A DNA stretch of 61,965 nucleotides from an uncultured Pseudomonadales bacterium (GCA_964633875.1 CAZWKL010000002.1:89338-151302); one strand, 5' to 3'. Positions 1 to 10,360 are shown, numbered from the stretch's first letter. Notes: generated from the sequence alone by a model not told the origin. Made by a program: numbers and translations.

Positions 1-476
1 TGGCTCAGCAACTGCAGCAGCAACAAGAGCGCGCCGGCGGCCAGCCGCAAGCTCCCCGCGAAGTTGGCACCATTCCCGAAGAGTTCAAGCGCGCAGGACA
101 AGATGCTCTGCAGGAACTCAAACTATTTTTTTCTTTAAATACTTGGTTGGGCATCAAGCCGGAAACAGACGATCCTGAAGAAGTAGCCAAGCGCAAAAAA
201 CTACACGAGCGCTGGCAGAACCTGACTGAAGAACAACAAGCGGTTGCTAAGCGCCAATACCAAGAAGAACTCGAACGCAAGCGGGCAGAGGAAGAAGCAG
301 AGCAGCAAAAAAAGCAGCTGGAAGAACAAGAAAAAGAGCGTGGTTTACCCATGCCCTCCAGTCCGCAAAAAGGTCCGATCGGTCCTGGTGCGACCGGGAA
401 ATCCAAAAAGCAAGACGCAGTTCAGCGCCTGCAACAAAGTCGCCAGCAACTGCGTGGTCCAAGCAGCCTGAATTAA
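1..476 (+). CDS. Hypothetical Gln/Glu/Lys-rich protein, 5'-truncated by the window edge
   Basis: The frame is open from position 3 (AQQLQQQQERAGGQ...) through the tracked ORF 147..476 to TAA; low-complexity charged coiled-coil. Confidence 0.6.
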   Translation, partial: AQQLQQQQERAGGQPQAPREVGTIPEEFKRAGQDALQELKLFFSLNTWLGIKPETDDPEEVAKRKKLHERWQNLTEEQQAVAKRQYQEELERKRAEEEAEQQKKQLEEQEKERGLPMPSSPQKGPIGPGATGKSKKQDAVQRLQQSRQQLRGPSSLN

Positions 477-542
477 ATCCGCTTGCAATCAGCTCGCCAC
501 CTGCTCTAAACTGGAGCTAATATTGCGGCAATATGGAATTTA

Positions 543-1769
543 ATGGTACAGGAAGACTTAAATATGAACGAAGGCGACCATCCCAACATGCAGGCTCAAC
601 CCGAAGAGGCGACGTCAAGCACGCCAGACCAACAAGCGCCTGCGCCAACTGCCGAGGATCTAGCTCCTCCAGAATCATCCAGTCCAGTTGAGCAATTTGA
701 CTTTTACATGCAAAGAGCAGACAAAAGTCGTCAGGGTGGGGATCTATCAGCAGCGCAAGCTGCAATGGAAGAAGCAGGCAAAGTTCTAGAAGAGAGTCCT
801 GGTGATTTTGATCTAACTCACTTTATTGATTTTGATGAATTATCGGACGAAATTACTCAAAGGGATGAACAGCAAGAGGAGTCGGCGTCGGCTCCGGAAA
901 ATAGGCGATCACGACTGGCAGGTATGTTCGACCGGGCCCGCTCGATTGTTGACCAACAACGATCACGTTTGCAAGGAGATGGTTCCAAAAGAATCCTGGA
1001 AATGGGAGAGCAGAAGCTTAAACTTGTTCATGGAAAAGCCGCTGGTGCCTATGATGCCGCAGCTGGAAAGTTTGACCGCGGCATAAAAGGTTTATCAAAC
1101 AATTTTGAGATTGCTAAACTTTATATACAAATTATTAAACATGAAAGAAACCTGGGTCGTTTAGAAGCAATGAAAACAAAGGCGTCTGCACGTATTGACG
1201 AATTACAAAAGCAATATTCAGAAAGACAGCAGTCGATTAAAGATTCATACAGAAAAGAATCAGAAACACAATCTTATTTTGAAGAAGCTGAAAGATTGCG
1301 CAATTTAGCTGAGGCAGCAACTTTACCTGGTTATAGTGAAACATTAGTGAATATGGCCGAACATTTGGAAAAGCTTGGAAATAACGCAGTGGAGGTAGCA
1401 GCCAATCAGGAATTGAAAGATTTAAACACAGAAACAACCGATATCTGGAGGGAATTAAAAGGAAATCTTGACTTTTATACAGAACAAGCTGAGCAACTAG
1501 AGGATCAGATAGGCGACCTTCGCAATGAAGCTCAAACTCATTTGAATAATGCCACGAATCTGCAAAAATTTGTCCAGAGGATTAGAGAAGCTACTGGCAA
1601 GAATGAAGCTGCTGAGGCAATTCCCGTTGTACCTGATGTTGCAACCACTGAAGCAGCAACTGCCGAAGAAGCAACTGCAAGTACCGCTAATGAGAATGAA
1701 GAACAACCCCCATCTCGCTCTAGTCGATTGCGCGAATTAAGAGAAAGATTCTTTCCAATCAAAAACTAA
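543..1769 (+). CDS. Hypothetical coiled-coil protein (408 aa)
   Basis: Long ORF with heptad-like Glu/Gln/Leu-rich helices and low-complexity termini; no family motif recognised. Confidence 0.7.
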   Translation: MVQEDLNMNEGDHPNMQAQPEEATSSTPDQQAPAPTAEDLAPPESSSPVEQFDFYMQRADKSRQGGDLSAAQAAMEEAGKVLEESPGDFDLTHFIDFDELSDEITQRDEQQEESASAPENRRSRLAGMFDRARSIVDQQRSRLQGDGSKRILEMGEQKLKLVHGKAAGAYDAAAGKFDRGIKGLSNNFEIAKLYIQIIKHERNLGRLEAMKTKASARIDELQKQYSERQQSIKDSYRKESETQSYFEEAERLRNLAEAATLPGYSETLVNMAEHLEKLGNNAVEVAANQELKDLNTETTDIWRELKGNLDFYTEQAEQLEDQIGDLRNEAQTHLNNATNLQKFVQRIREATGKNEAAEAIPVVPDVATTEAATAEEATASTANENEEQPPSRSSRLRELRERFFPIKN

Positions 1770-1783
1770 CCCAAAGGAACCGT

Positions 1784-2092
1784 ATGACTAAACAAGATGT
1801 GCACCAAATGCTGGCAGAAATTGAACTCACCGATGACGTTCGCCAAAACGTTACAGAGGTTATCAACTCCTTTGCTAACGAAGAATTGACTGAAGACGAA
1901 GTAGCCGAACTGGTGGAGTATCTGGATTTGGCAGCGGAAAACGAGGTTGTTTTGGCCGGTGCGCTCAAAGAAGCTGCCGATCTGGCCGATCAATACGTGA
2001 CTGATATGGATCGCAATCAAGAAGATTTGACAGCCAACACTATTGGTAACATGCACGACACGCTGGTGCAAGCCACCACTTTAGCCGATTAG
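1784..2092 (+). CDS. Hypothetical acidic protein (102 aa)
   Basis: AAGGA RBS before the ATG; acidic helical sequence; operon-like spacing. Confidence 0.65.
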   Translation: MTKQDVHQMLAEIELTDDVRQNVTEVINSFANEELTEDEVAELVEYLDLAAENEVVLAGALKEAADLADQYVTDMDRNQEDLTANTIGNMHDTLVQATTLAD

Positions 2093-2138
2093 CTCAATTC
2101 CCAACCCCAAAGTCGCTAAGATTTGCTAGGATACAACT

Positions 2139-3581
2139 ATGCGTTTATACAACACCATGAGCCGGCAAGTTGAAGATTTTGTACCCTTGAATCCGCCTGA
2201 AGTCAAGCTCTACGCCTGTGGTTTTACGGTTTACGATTACACCCACCTCGGTCATCTGCGCAAGTACACTATGGATGACATTTTGGTACGTACCCTTGAA
2301 CACCATGGTTTTGAAGTCAAGTTCGTGCAAAATGTCACCGATGTTGGTCATCTCACTTCCGATGCCGACACTGGTGAGGACAAACTAGAAAAAGGCGCCA
2401 AAAAATACGGCAAAACTGTCTGGGATATCGCCCGGGAGTTTGAGGATTACTTTTGGTACAGCATGGATTTAATGGGCAACAAGCGGCCTGATATCAGCAG
2501 CCGGGCCACTGAGCATATCGAGGCTCAACTTGATTTAGTCAAAACACTTGAAGAAAAAGGTTACACTTACGAAATTCCCGGCGACGGCATTTATTTTGAT
2601 ACCGCCAAATTGGCTGATTATGGCCAACTGGCCCGGCTCAATCCGGCTGGCCAACAGGAAGGCGCTAGAATTGGTGTAGTTGAGGGCAAGCGCCAGACCA
2701 CCGATTTTGCCCTTTGGAAATTTGAGCGCGCAGGCGAAAATCGCACCATGGTGTGGCCAAGCCCTTGGCACGAGCGCAGTTTCCCAGGCTGGCACGTGGA
2801 GTGTAGCGCTATGGCCATGCAGTACTTGGGAGAGCAGCTTGATATTCACACCGGCGGCATTGATCACATTCCGGTTCATCACCCCAATGAGATCGCTCAG
2901 TCGGAGGCGGCCACCGGCAAAAAACCGTTTGTGCGTTATTGGGTTCATCATAATTTTTTGTTGGTAGAAGGCGAAAAAATGAGTAAATCGCTGGGCAACT
3001 TTTTTACGGTTGATGATGTGATTAACCGCGGCTTTGACCCCCGCGCGCTCAGGCTGCTTTTCCTGACTTCGCATTATCGCGGTGAGATGAACTTCACTTG
3101 GGAAAATTTAGCCGGTATGCAGAAAAGTTATGAGCGCCTGCTACGCCAAATCAAGGAACTTGATGAGGCTTCCACAGACCTGCCTCCGGCGGGAGTAAGC
3201 CAGATGAGTGAGCCGGCCCGGGAGCTTCATGATCAATTTTTTGCGGCCATGAATGATGATCTCAATACACCGGAAGCAGTGGCGGTAATGTGGCAGACGC
3301 TCAAAACAGCCATGCCAGCCCAAGAAAAATTGGCGCTGTTGCGGGTTTTTGACAGCATTTTGCAACTTGACCTTGCCAATCCCGATGCTCATCTGACTGA
3401 AACCGAAATTGACCCCGCTCAGTTGCCGGAGGCAGCGCGCCAGCTCTTGACTGAGCGTCAACAAGCCAGGGAAAAGGGAGATTGGGATCAGGCTGATAGC
3501 CTCCGTAATCAACTCAAAAAGATGGGTTACGAAATCGCTGACACCTCTACAGGACAAAAAATCAGTCAAATTACTACTTGA
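2139..3581 (+). CDS. cysS: Cysteine--tRNA ligase
   Basis: YACGFTVYD Zn-Cys, HLGH (HIGH-like), GWHVECSAM, HTGGIDH, KMSKS. Confidence 0.97.
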   Translation: MRLYNTMSRQVEDFVPLNPPEVKLYACGFTVYDYTHLGHLRKYTMDDILVRTLEHHGFEVKFVQNVTDVGHLTSDADTGEDKLEKGAKKYGKTVWDIAREFEDYFWYSMDLMGNKRPDISSRATEHIEAQLDLVKTLEEKGYTYEIPGDGIYFDTAKLADYGQLARLNPAGQQEGARIGVVEGKRQTTDFALWKFERAGENRTMVWPSPWHERSFPGWHVECSAMAMQYLGEQLDIHTGGIDHIPVHHPNEIAQSEAATGKKPFVRYWVHHNFLLVEGEKMSKSLGNFFTVDDVINRGFDPRALRLLFLTSHYRGEMNFTWENLAGMQKSYERLLRQIKELDEASTDLPPAGVSQMSEPARELHDQFFAAMNDDLNTPEAVAVMWQTLKTAMPAQEKLALLRVFDSILQLDLANPDAHLTETEIDPAQLPEAARQLLTERQQAREKGDWDQADSLRNQLKKMGYEIADTSTGQKISQITT

Positions 3582-3613
3582 AATAGCTCTGCTTGCCGCA
3601 TTACACTGAAAGT

Positions 3614-3982
3614 ATGTCCAACGATCTTAATCCTCAGCTTCAGCAAATTCTTGATAATCTTGGTTATGACCTACAAAATTATATTAATGAAGAGGTCGCG
3701 CGCCAGCTTGGTGAACAAAAAGCAGCGGCCGTGAATATAGAAACCCCACCGGAACGGCAAGCTGAGTGGCAGCAACCCGAACAACCTGAGCAGCAACAGT
3801 CTCCTCAACCGGAACAGCAACCGGAAATCGAGCAGTTCCAACCAGAGCAGTATCAAGCCGATATCACCAACTATCAATCGCTTGATGGGGCCAATGGCAT
3901 CAATAACATCCCTGGCGGCATGTCTGATTACGACAAAATGTTTGGCATTCTGGCCAGGTTAAAAAACAAACACGCATCATAA
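3614..3982 (+). CDS. Hypothetical Gln/Pro/Glu-rich protein
   Basis: ORF with QQPEQ-type repeats; start placed at ATG 3614, 6 nt after a TACACT -10 box; followed by a terminator. Confidence 0.6.
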   Translation: MSNDLNPQLQQILDNLGYDLQNYINEEVARQLGEQKAAAVNIETPPERQAEWQQPEQPEQQQSPQPEQQPEIEQFQPEQYQADITNYQSLDGANGINNIPGGMSDYDKMFGILARLKNKHAS

Positions 3983-4009
3983 ATGCAACGACACCAATGA
4001 CCGTACTAA

Positions 4010-4032
4010 AAAACCCAGCCAGGCTGGGTTTT
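4010..4032 (+). terminator. Intrinsic terminator (likely bidirectional)
   Basis: AAAACCCAGC-CAG-GCTGGGTTTT hairpin just after ORF 3614..3982. Confidence 0.75.
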
Positions 4033-4049
4033 GCTATTTGAAAGGGGTT

Positions 4050-5405
4050 ATGAAGCAGAAACGCAAACGCAGTATTGTTATTTGCGGCGGCGCTTTTGGC
4101 GATGAAGGCAAGGGTAGGGTGGTGGACTCGTTTGTGAATGAATTTGCCGCTCTGGGCCAAATTGTGGTTTATCGCGACAACGGCGGCGCCAATGCCGGTC
4201 ACACCGTCGAGTTTGATGGGGTGCGGGTAGCTTTGCATCAGCTGCCTTCAGGTGTGTTTTTCGAAGCCGGTACCGTGATTTTGGGCAAAGGCATGGTTTT
4301 GCATCCGGCTGATTTGCTTGAGGAAATTGCTGAAGTAGAAAAGGCTGTCGGTGGTCAGGTGCCGGCCCGGATCAAAATTGACGAAATGGTCACGCTCTCC
4401 CTGGATACTCACCGGGCTTTTGAAGCGGTGCTCAAAGGTTGGCAAACCGGCCAGCACGGCTCGACTGGCAGAGGGATTGCGCCAGCGTATGTTGATATTT
4501 TGCTGCGTCACCCGCTCAGGATGCGTGATCTTTTGCATTTTGATAAAGAGAAAATTGGTAAACATTATGATTTGTACCAGGCTTTGGTGAGTGGCCTTGG
4601 CGCTAAGCTGGCAGCCGCTTCAGTGCCAACGCTGTCGGGGGAGATCACCAAAACCGGCACCAAAAAGCAGTTCATCGCCAAACTCCAAGAGCAAGCAGCT
4701 GCCCTCAAACCCTACATCGAAGACGTCTCGGCTTTTCTGATCACTACCTGGAAGGATGAAAAAAATTACAGTTTTGTTTTCGAAAAAGCCCAAGCCATTG
4801 GGCTGGATCACCGCTGGGGTGTTTATCCTGACGTGACCGCTTCAGACACTACCAGCGCTGGCATTTTTGCCTCCACCGAAGGCATCATCGACCCGGAGCA
4901 GATAGAAATCCATGCCGGGGTACTAAAAGCCACTTACATGTCGAGTGTCGGTGTGAGGCAGTTGCCTACCGTCATGCCGGCAGCAGAGGCGGAAATCATC
5001 CGCCAAGATGCTCACGAGTATGGTGCCACCACCGGCAGGCCGAGGGATGTGGTTTATTTTGATTTGCCGATGCAGCAGTATTTGGCCAGAGTCGGCAGAC
5101 TGACTCACCTAGTCTTGACTCATATGGATATCGTTTATCCTGATAGAAAAGTGAAAATTTGCCGGCAATATACCCTGAAAGGCAAACCAGTGGCGTACCG
5201 GCCGGATCAAGAATTTCTCCTCAGAGTGCAGCCGGTTTATGAGGAGTTTGCGCCCTGGGATGTTGAAGAGTTGCGGCAAGCCAAAGACCGAGAGTCGTTG
5301 CCCAAAAACGCCAAAATCTTTATTGAATTTCTAGAAACCGAGTTCCAACTGCCAGTATTAATGATTACCACTGGGCCGGAAAGGGGAGCGGAAGTTATTT
5401 TCTAG
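4050..5405 (+). CDS. purA: Adenylosuccinate synthetase
   Basis: GDEGKG, NGGANAGHTV, HQLPSG, GSTGRGIAPAY, EYGATTGRPR and C-terminal TGPER; AAAGGGG RBS before ATG 4050. Confidence 0.95.
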   Translation: MKQKRKRSIVICGGAFGDEGKGRVVDSFVNEFAALGQIVVYRDNGGANAGHTVEFDGVRVALHQLPSGVFFEAGTVILGKGMVLHPADLLEEIAEVEKAVGGQVPARIKIDEMVTLSLDTHRAFEAVLKGWQTGQHGSTGRGIAPAYVDILLRHPLRMRDLLHFDKEKIGKHYDLYQALVSGLGAKLAAASVPTLSGEITKTGTKKQFIAKLQEQAAALKPYIEDVSAFLITTWKDEKNYSFVFEKAQAIGLDHRWGVYPDVTASDTTSAGIFASTEGIIDPEQIEIHAGVLKATYMSSVGVRQLPTVMPAAEAEIIRQDAHEYGATTGRPRDVVYFDLPMQQYLARVGRLTHLVLTHMDIVYPDRKVKICRQYTLKGKPVAYRPDQEFLLRVQPVYEEFAPWDVEELRQAKDRESLPKNAKIFIEFLETEFQLPVLMITTGPERGAEVIF

Positions 5406-5432
5406 TGCCCCAGCGCCTCAGCGGGACTGCAG

Positions 5433-5993
5433 TTAAGGCAGAGTGAACTCGGGCATGTTTTCCAACGGATTAGTAAAAGTGACGTTGGCGGGAACCGCAA
5501 ACTCACCGTCACTAATATTAGCCCGGTCACAGCTAAACTGCACTGTTGATTCTTCTAGTTCGTCCGGCTCTTCGGCAAGAGGCTCAGTTGGTCGATCTTG
5601 AGCTTCCTGAGCGAACTCTTTTGCTTGTTCTTCATTGATGGTGTACATCATGCCAGTCGGGCTATCATCGGTCCAAATATACTGAGTGGTGCCGAGCATC
5701 AGCACGTATGATTTTTGACCACTCGGGTCGGTGCTGATGATCTTCATGTTCTTGTTTTTGACCAAGTACTCGGCCAAACTCTGATCATTTTCGTCGGTAG
5801 CAGTGCACTTAACTGAAGCTCCGGTTTCCATAGCGCTTGCCAAAGTTAGCATTTCGGCATCAAAAACAGCGCTGTCTTGAGCGCTTTCCAGTTCGGACTC
5901 AACTTGATCAGTGGGGCGGTTGATACAACCACTCAGCAGCACCGATCCGGCAATTAACAAAACTCCTAAGCGGAGGGAAACATGGCGCAACAT
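5433..5993 (-). CDS. Putative lipoprotein
   Basis: Basic N-terminus, hydrophobic signal and lipobox LLSG-C; AAGGAG RBS; acidic mature domain. Confidence 0.75.
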   Translation of the reverse strand: MLRHVSLRLGVLLIAGSVLLSGCINRPTDQVESELESAQDSAVFDAEMLTLASAMETGASVKCTATDENDQSLAEYLVKNKNMKIISTDPSGQKSYVLMLGTTQYIWTDDSPTGMMYTINEEQAKEFAQEAQDRPTEPLAEEPDELEESTVQFSCDRANISDGEFAVPANVTFTNPLENMPEFTLP

Positions 5994-6239
5994 ATAATTC
6001 TCCTTGGGGCAGGATACTTGGTAGTAGACTTTTTGCTTGCCACAGCAATGAGTTTGTCTCTACCTTATTACTATAACATGTAGCAGGACTAAAATGAAGT
6101 AAAATGAGAAAAACTAAGGAAAATCGGCCAAAAATCACCCTTCTCCCAGGTTTTGCGGCAATAATGCGGTAATTATGCGGGAATATTACCCACCACATAC
6201 TAGCTTTTTGCCAGCCTGCCTCTGATACAATCAGGAGGA

Positions 6240-7412
6240 ATGACAGTAGATTTATCCGACGATCAGCGAGAAGCCCTCAATAAACTCTGGCAGTGGCTCA
6301 AGTATGATAGCAAGTTCAGCGGCTACATTACTCTGGGAGGCTATGCCGGTACTGGCAAAACTACTTCACTGGCGGTTTTCAGAAAATATCTCCACGAAGT
6401 TTTGCCGGAGTGGCAGGTGGCCTTTATTAGTTTTACCGGCAAGGCCACGCGAGTGCTTAAATCCGCGCTCAGGCAGCAGCAGACCATCTACCCAAATGAT
6501 TTTGTCGGCACGATTCATTCCTTAATTTACTCTCCGGTGGTCAACGACCGTCAGGAAATTGTTGGTTGGGACCGCAAGAACCAACTTGACTATCAACTGA
6601 TTATTATTGATGAAGGCTCGATGGTGGACTACCAGATTTGGCAAGACCTCAGGCAATACGGCATTCCTATTATCGCTGCCGGTGATCACGGCCAGTTACC
6701 GCCCATACAAGGCAGTTTTAATTTGATGGCAGAACCGCAGCTCAAGTTGGAACAAATTCATCGCCAGGCAGCAAACAATCCAATTATCAATCTTTCGATG
6801 CTGGCCAGGGAAAAAGGGGAAATTTCGGTTGGTAATTATGCTCCCGCAGTGAAGAAACTTTCGCGGGAAGATTTTGCCTCTCAGGAGTTGGTGGAAGAAA
6901 TGATTCGAATGCATCCTGATCAAATTCTGATTCTTTGTGGTTACAATAAAACTCGTGTTAAACTCAACACTTTTGCTCGGGAATTATTGGGTTTTGAAAT
7001 GCCGGAACCTCTGCCTAATGATAGAGTAATATGTTTACGCAATAATCATGAAAAAGACTTATATAACGGTATGATTGGAACTATAAATTCTCTTACTAAA
7101 GAAAGTGAAAAGTGGTATTTTGCGGAAATTACTTTGGATGAAGAACCGAAGCCATATCGTGGCTTAATTTTGGCGGAGCAGTTTAACACTGAGCAGGCAA
7201 AAAACTTTTCCTCAGCACGCGCGACCACTCTCAAAGGGGATTTGTTTGATTTTGGCTATGCCTTAACAGTGCATAAAGCTCAAGGCAGCCAGGCTAAGAA
7301 AGTGATAGTCTTTGAGGAAAGATTTAAACAAATGGATGACGAGATGTGGCGGCGTTGGCTCTATACTGCGGTGACCCGGGCAGAAGAAGAATTGTATATA
7401 ATAGGAGATTAA
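6240..7412 (+). CDS. ATP-dependent RecD/Dda-like SF1 helicase
   Basis: Walker A GYAGTGKT, IIIDEGSM, GDHGQLPP, HRQ, YALTVHKAQGSQ, LYTAVTRA. Confidence 0.9.
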   Translation: MTVDLSDDQREALNKLWQWLKYDSKFSGYITLGGYAGTGKTTSLAVFRKYLHEVLPEWQVAFISFTGKATRVLKSALRQQQTIYPNDFVGTIHSLIYSPVVNDRQEIVGWDRKNQLDYQLIIIDEGSMVDYQIWQDLRQYGIPIIAAGDHGQLPPIQGSFNLMAEPQLKLEQIHRQAANNPIINLSMLAREKGEISVGNYAPAVKKLSREDFASQELVEEMIRMHPDQILILCGYNKTRVKLNTFARELLGFEMPEPLPNDRVICLRNNHEKDLYNGMIGTINSLTKESEKWYFAEITLDEEPKPYRGLILAEQFNTEQAKNFSSARATTLKGDLFDFGYALTVHKAQGSQAKKVIVFEERFKQMDDEMWRRWLYTAVTRAEEELYIIGD

Positions 7413-7413
7413 G

Positions 7414-7698
7414 ATGATATTACAAATCATTGTTTTTTTATTTATCGGCTTTTTTATTGGTTTTCTGGCGCATTTTAATCTCAACCGCCAGGCTAAGATT
7501 TTTGATCCTTGGGGATCGATCATTATTGGCATAATTGGCTCGCTGCTCGGCGGTTTTTTAGCGCCGACTCTTAATATTTTTGTTTTGACTCATGCCTTAC
7601 TAGGTTCACTATTAATGTCAGCTTTAGGAGCGATGAGTTTTATTTGGTTTGCTTCTTTTGTCAAAATGATCATTTTTGCCCGTCCAAACGGTGAATAA
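7414..7698 (+). CDS. GlsB/YeaQ/YmgE-like (transglycosylase-associated) small membrane protein
   Basis: Three hydrophobic segments with GxxGxxxG patterns (IIIGIIGSLLGG). Confidence 0.65.
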   Translation: MILQIIVFLFIGFFIGFLAHFNLNRQAKIFDPWGSIIIGIIGSLLGGFLAPTLNIFVLTHALLGSLLMSALGAMSFIWFASFVKMIIFARPNGE

Positions 7699-7786
7699 CT
7701 TACTTTTTTTCTAACCCAACTCTTACACTTTCTTTATATCAGCCATAATTGCCCTTGATGTAATTAGATTCAGCAAAAAGGAATTT

Positions 7787-8455
7787 ATGACCAATCACCA
7801 TCAGTTTTTTGATCGGCAAGAGGCAGGAGTGAGGTTGGCTCAACAAATTGAAACTTCTCTGGAACCTAATGAGGCAGTGATAGTGTTGGGTTTACCAAGG
7901 GGAGGAGTGCCGGTGGCCTATGAAGTTGCCAGGCACTTACAGGTGCCGATGGACGTTCTGGTGGTCCGGAAGCTGGGCTATCCAGGCAACCAAGAATACG
8001 CTGTGGGCGCTTTAGCTGAGGGCGGGATGAAAGTTACCAACGATCAGGCCTTGGAGCATGTGACTCACAGCCAATGGGAACGGGTTTTGGCCAAGGAACA
8101 ATTAGAGCTTGAGCGCAGGATCCATACTTATCGCTCAGGTAAGGACTTTCCTGATTTACGGGGCAAAACAGTGGTGATAGTTGACGATGGTTTGGCTACG
8201 GGCGCCACAATGTTGGCTGCAGTCAAGACAGTGAAGCAGTACCAGCCTAAAAGAATTGTAGTAGCCGCGCCGGTTGGCGCCAGAAACACCTGCCAGGAGA
8301 TTCTCAGCGCCGTCAACGAAGTCATTTGTTTGCGGATGCCTGAGCCGTTTTATGGCGTCAGCGCTTGGTATCAATCTTTTCCTCAAACTTCAGACGAAAC
8401 AGTTAGACATTTACTTGATATGGCCCAACATGGGTTTAGTGGCCGCCAGGCTTAA
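7787..8455 (+). CDS. Putative phosphoribosyltransferase
   Basis: LGLPRGGVPVA and PRPP-binding VIVDDGLATGATM. Confidence 0.88.
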   Translation: MTNHHQFFDRQEAGVRLAQQIETSLEPNEAVIVLGLPRGGVPVAYEVARHLQVPMDVLVVRKLGYPGNQEYAVGALAEGGMKVTNDQALEHVTHSQWERVLAKEQLELERRIHTYRSGKDFPDLRGKTVVIVDDGLATGATMLAAVKTVKQYQPKRIVVAAPVGARNTCQEILSAVNEVICLRMPEPFYGVSAWYQSFPQTSDETVRHLLDMAQHGFSGRQA

Positions 8456-8464
8456 AGGATTATT

Positions 8465-9082
8465 ATGAAAATGAAAAACTTTTTTTTAACCAACCTGATT
8501 GCCGGTACTTTTGCCGTTGGTACTTTTTATGTGCCTAATTTTTTTGATCGAGTCAAGGCCAATGATGCGCAATCAACCAACACTTCATCGTCAATAAAAG
8601 TGCAGAGCAATTCTAGCGGACAAGGCAATTCTAGTGTTCATGTTAAACAGACAGTTCGCAGCAATAATAATGAAGTAGAAGTTTATACTTACCGCGAAGA
8701 AAATGGCAAAGTACTGGAGGACAATCGGCGCACGATTCGTTCTGAAAATTCGCAGGATTTTGAGTATCTGCCTAATGCAGAACAAATTCGCCAACAAACC
8801 AAGGATAAAGTGCAAAATGAAGCCGAAGCAGCGCTGAAAAATTTCGAAGAACAACTAAAACAAGCTGAAACTGAAATTGCTAGCGAGCTTGAAGTCGCGG
8901 AGGATGAAATCGCGGCGGGGAGAGAAGAGATAGAGCAGGAACTTGACCAAATTAGTGAAGAAGTGGGTGGAGTAGAGGCAGAGTTGCGGCAGCAGTGGCA
9001 GCGGCAACTGGAAGAGCGGGAAGAAAATTTTTGGCAGCGAATTAGAAGTTGGATTCTCTCAAAGATTGAGGGCTTGAGGTAA
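8465..9082 (+). CDS. Hypothetical exported/membrane-anchored acidic coiled-coil protein
   Basis: N-terminal hydrophobic segment, Ser/Asn-rich linker, Glu-rich coiled coil. Confidence 0.65.
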   Translation: MKMKNFFLTNLIAGTFAVGTFYVPNFFDRVKANDAQSTNTSSSIKVQSNSSGQGNSSVHVKQTVRSNNNEVEVYTYREENGKVLEDNRRTIRSENSQDFEYLPNAEQIRQQTKDKVQNEAEAALKNFEEQLKQAETEIASELEVAEDEIAAGREEIEQELDQISEEVGGVEAELRQQWQRQLEEREENFWQRIRSWILSKIEGLR

Positions 9083-9104
9083 CTCTTGCTATAATGAACT
9101 CTGC

Positions 9105-10172
9105 ATGAAACTTGAGACCGCAAAGCTTATTTTATTTTTTACCACGGCAATGTTGATTTTTGTTACTTTGGTTGTCATAGCTGCTTTTATTAGTGAGGCT
9201 CAAAATGGCAGTGAGGGTGGGGAGCAAGTTGAATTTTTGAATGGTGGCAGTGTGGAGGCAGAAATTCCTGATTTTGCTTTTCAAGAATTGACTGTGCCGT
9301 ATTTACGTGGCCGGAGTTACCAAAGCAACTTGAGTGATCTGGAAGAGGTGAATCAGAATGGTAACTACACTTCATATTTAACTAGTTACAATTCTGATGG
9401 CTGGTGGGTGAACGGTTTGTTGACGATTCCTGATGGACAAGAACCGGCTGGTGGTTGGCCGGCGATAGTTTTTGTGCACGGCTACATCCCGCCGACACAA
9501 TATCGCACTCTCCAACGCTATGAAGATCACGTGGCTTATTTGGCCAGGAATGGTTTTGTAGTTTTTAAGATTGATTTGCGCGGGCATGGCAGCTCGGAAG
9601 GGACCCCCAACGGCGCTTACTATTCTGGCGACTACGTTATAGACACTCTCAATGCCCGCGCCGCTCTTCAAGCCGCCAGTTTTGTCAATCCCGACAAGGT
9701 TGCTCTTTGGGGTCACAGTATGGCTGGCAACGTGGTCTTGCGCAGTTTTGCAGCCGCTCAAGATGTTCCGGCAATTGTGATCTGGGCAGGGGCGGTGTTT
9801 ACTTACGAAGACATGCGGTCCTACGGCATTGAGGATAATTCCTACTCGCCGCCGGCCGAGTACTCAGAGCGCCAACAAGAACGCCGGCGCCTGATGGAAA
9901 CATATGGCAATTTTAACGCCGAAAGCCAGTTTTGGAGCCAAGTTGTCCCTACTAATTATCTGGATGGAGTGCCCGGAGCCATTCAACTTCATCATGCTGT
10001 TGATGATCAAGTTACCAGCATTGAGTACAGCCGCAATCTCAGCCGCGTCCTTGAGGCAAAAAATGTCGAGTACGAACTGCATGAATACCCAGGCGGTGGT
10101 CACAATATCAATGGCAGCGCTTTTACCAGCGCCATGCAAAACACGGTGAATTTCTTAAAAAGGGAGCTGTGA
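9105..10172 (+). CDS. Membrane-anchored alpha/beta hydrolase (S9/prolyl oligopeptidase-like)
   Basis: N-terminal TM helix, VFVHG, DLRGHG, nucleophile GHSMAG, D and H (GGGHN) triad candidates. Confidence 0.88.
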   Translation: MKLETAKLILFFTTAMLIFVTLVVIAAFISEAQNGSEGGEQVEFLNGGSVEAEIPDFAFQELTVPYLRGRSYQSNLSDLEEVNQNGNYTSYLTSYNSDGWWVNGLLTIPDGQEPAGGWPAIVFVHGYIPPTQYRTLQRYEDHVAYLARNGFVVFKIDLRGHGSSEGTPNGAYYSGDYVIDTLNARAALQAASFVNPDKVALWGHSMAGNVVLRSFAAAQDVPAIVIWAGAVFTYEDMRSYGIEDNSYSPPAEYSERQQERRRLMETYGNFNAESQFWSQVVPTNYLDGVPGAIQLHHAVDDQVTSIEYSRNLSRVLEAKNVEYELHEYPGGGHNINGSAFTSAMQNTVNFLKREL

Positions 10173-10360
10173 TGAAAAATATTATTTCAATTAAATCAAG
10201 AGCGCAGTTAAATTTGCCCAAAAATTCACTAAACAAAGTTAGGCCGCACGCCGATTTTTGGTCGTTGGCAGGCTCACTCAAGTCAGAAAAAAGACTTTCC
10301 GATGCGGAACTCAGAGAAGCAAGAAAAGCATTTTCCAGATCAGCAATGAGCTCTAGGTGA
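10169..10360 (+). pseudogene. Degenerate/internally deleted AbrB-like antitoxin copy
   Basis: IISIKSRAQLNLPK resembles IVSITSQGQISIPAK, and DFWSLAGSLKS resembles DFLQLAGELRS, of the intact neighbour; the central AbrB strands are missing. Confidence 0.45.

Noticed and set aside
3983-4049. Purine riboswitch upstream of purA
   Set aside because: Too short and lacks the aptamer core; only a plain terminator hairpin is present
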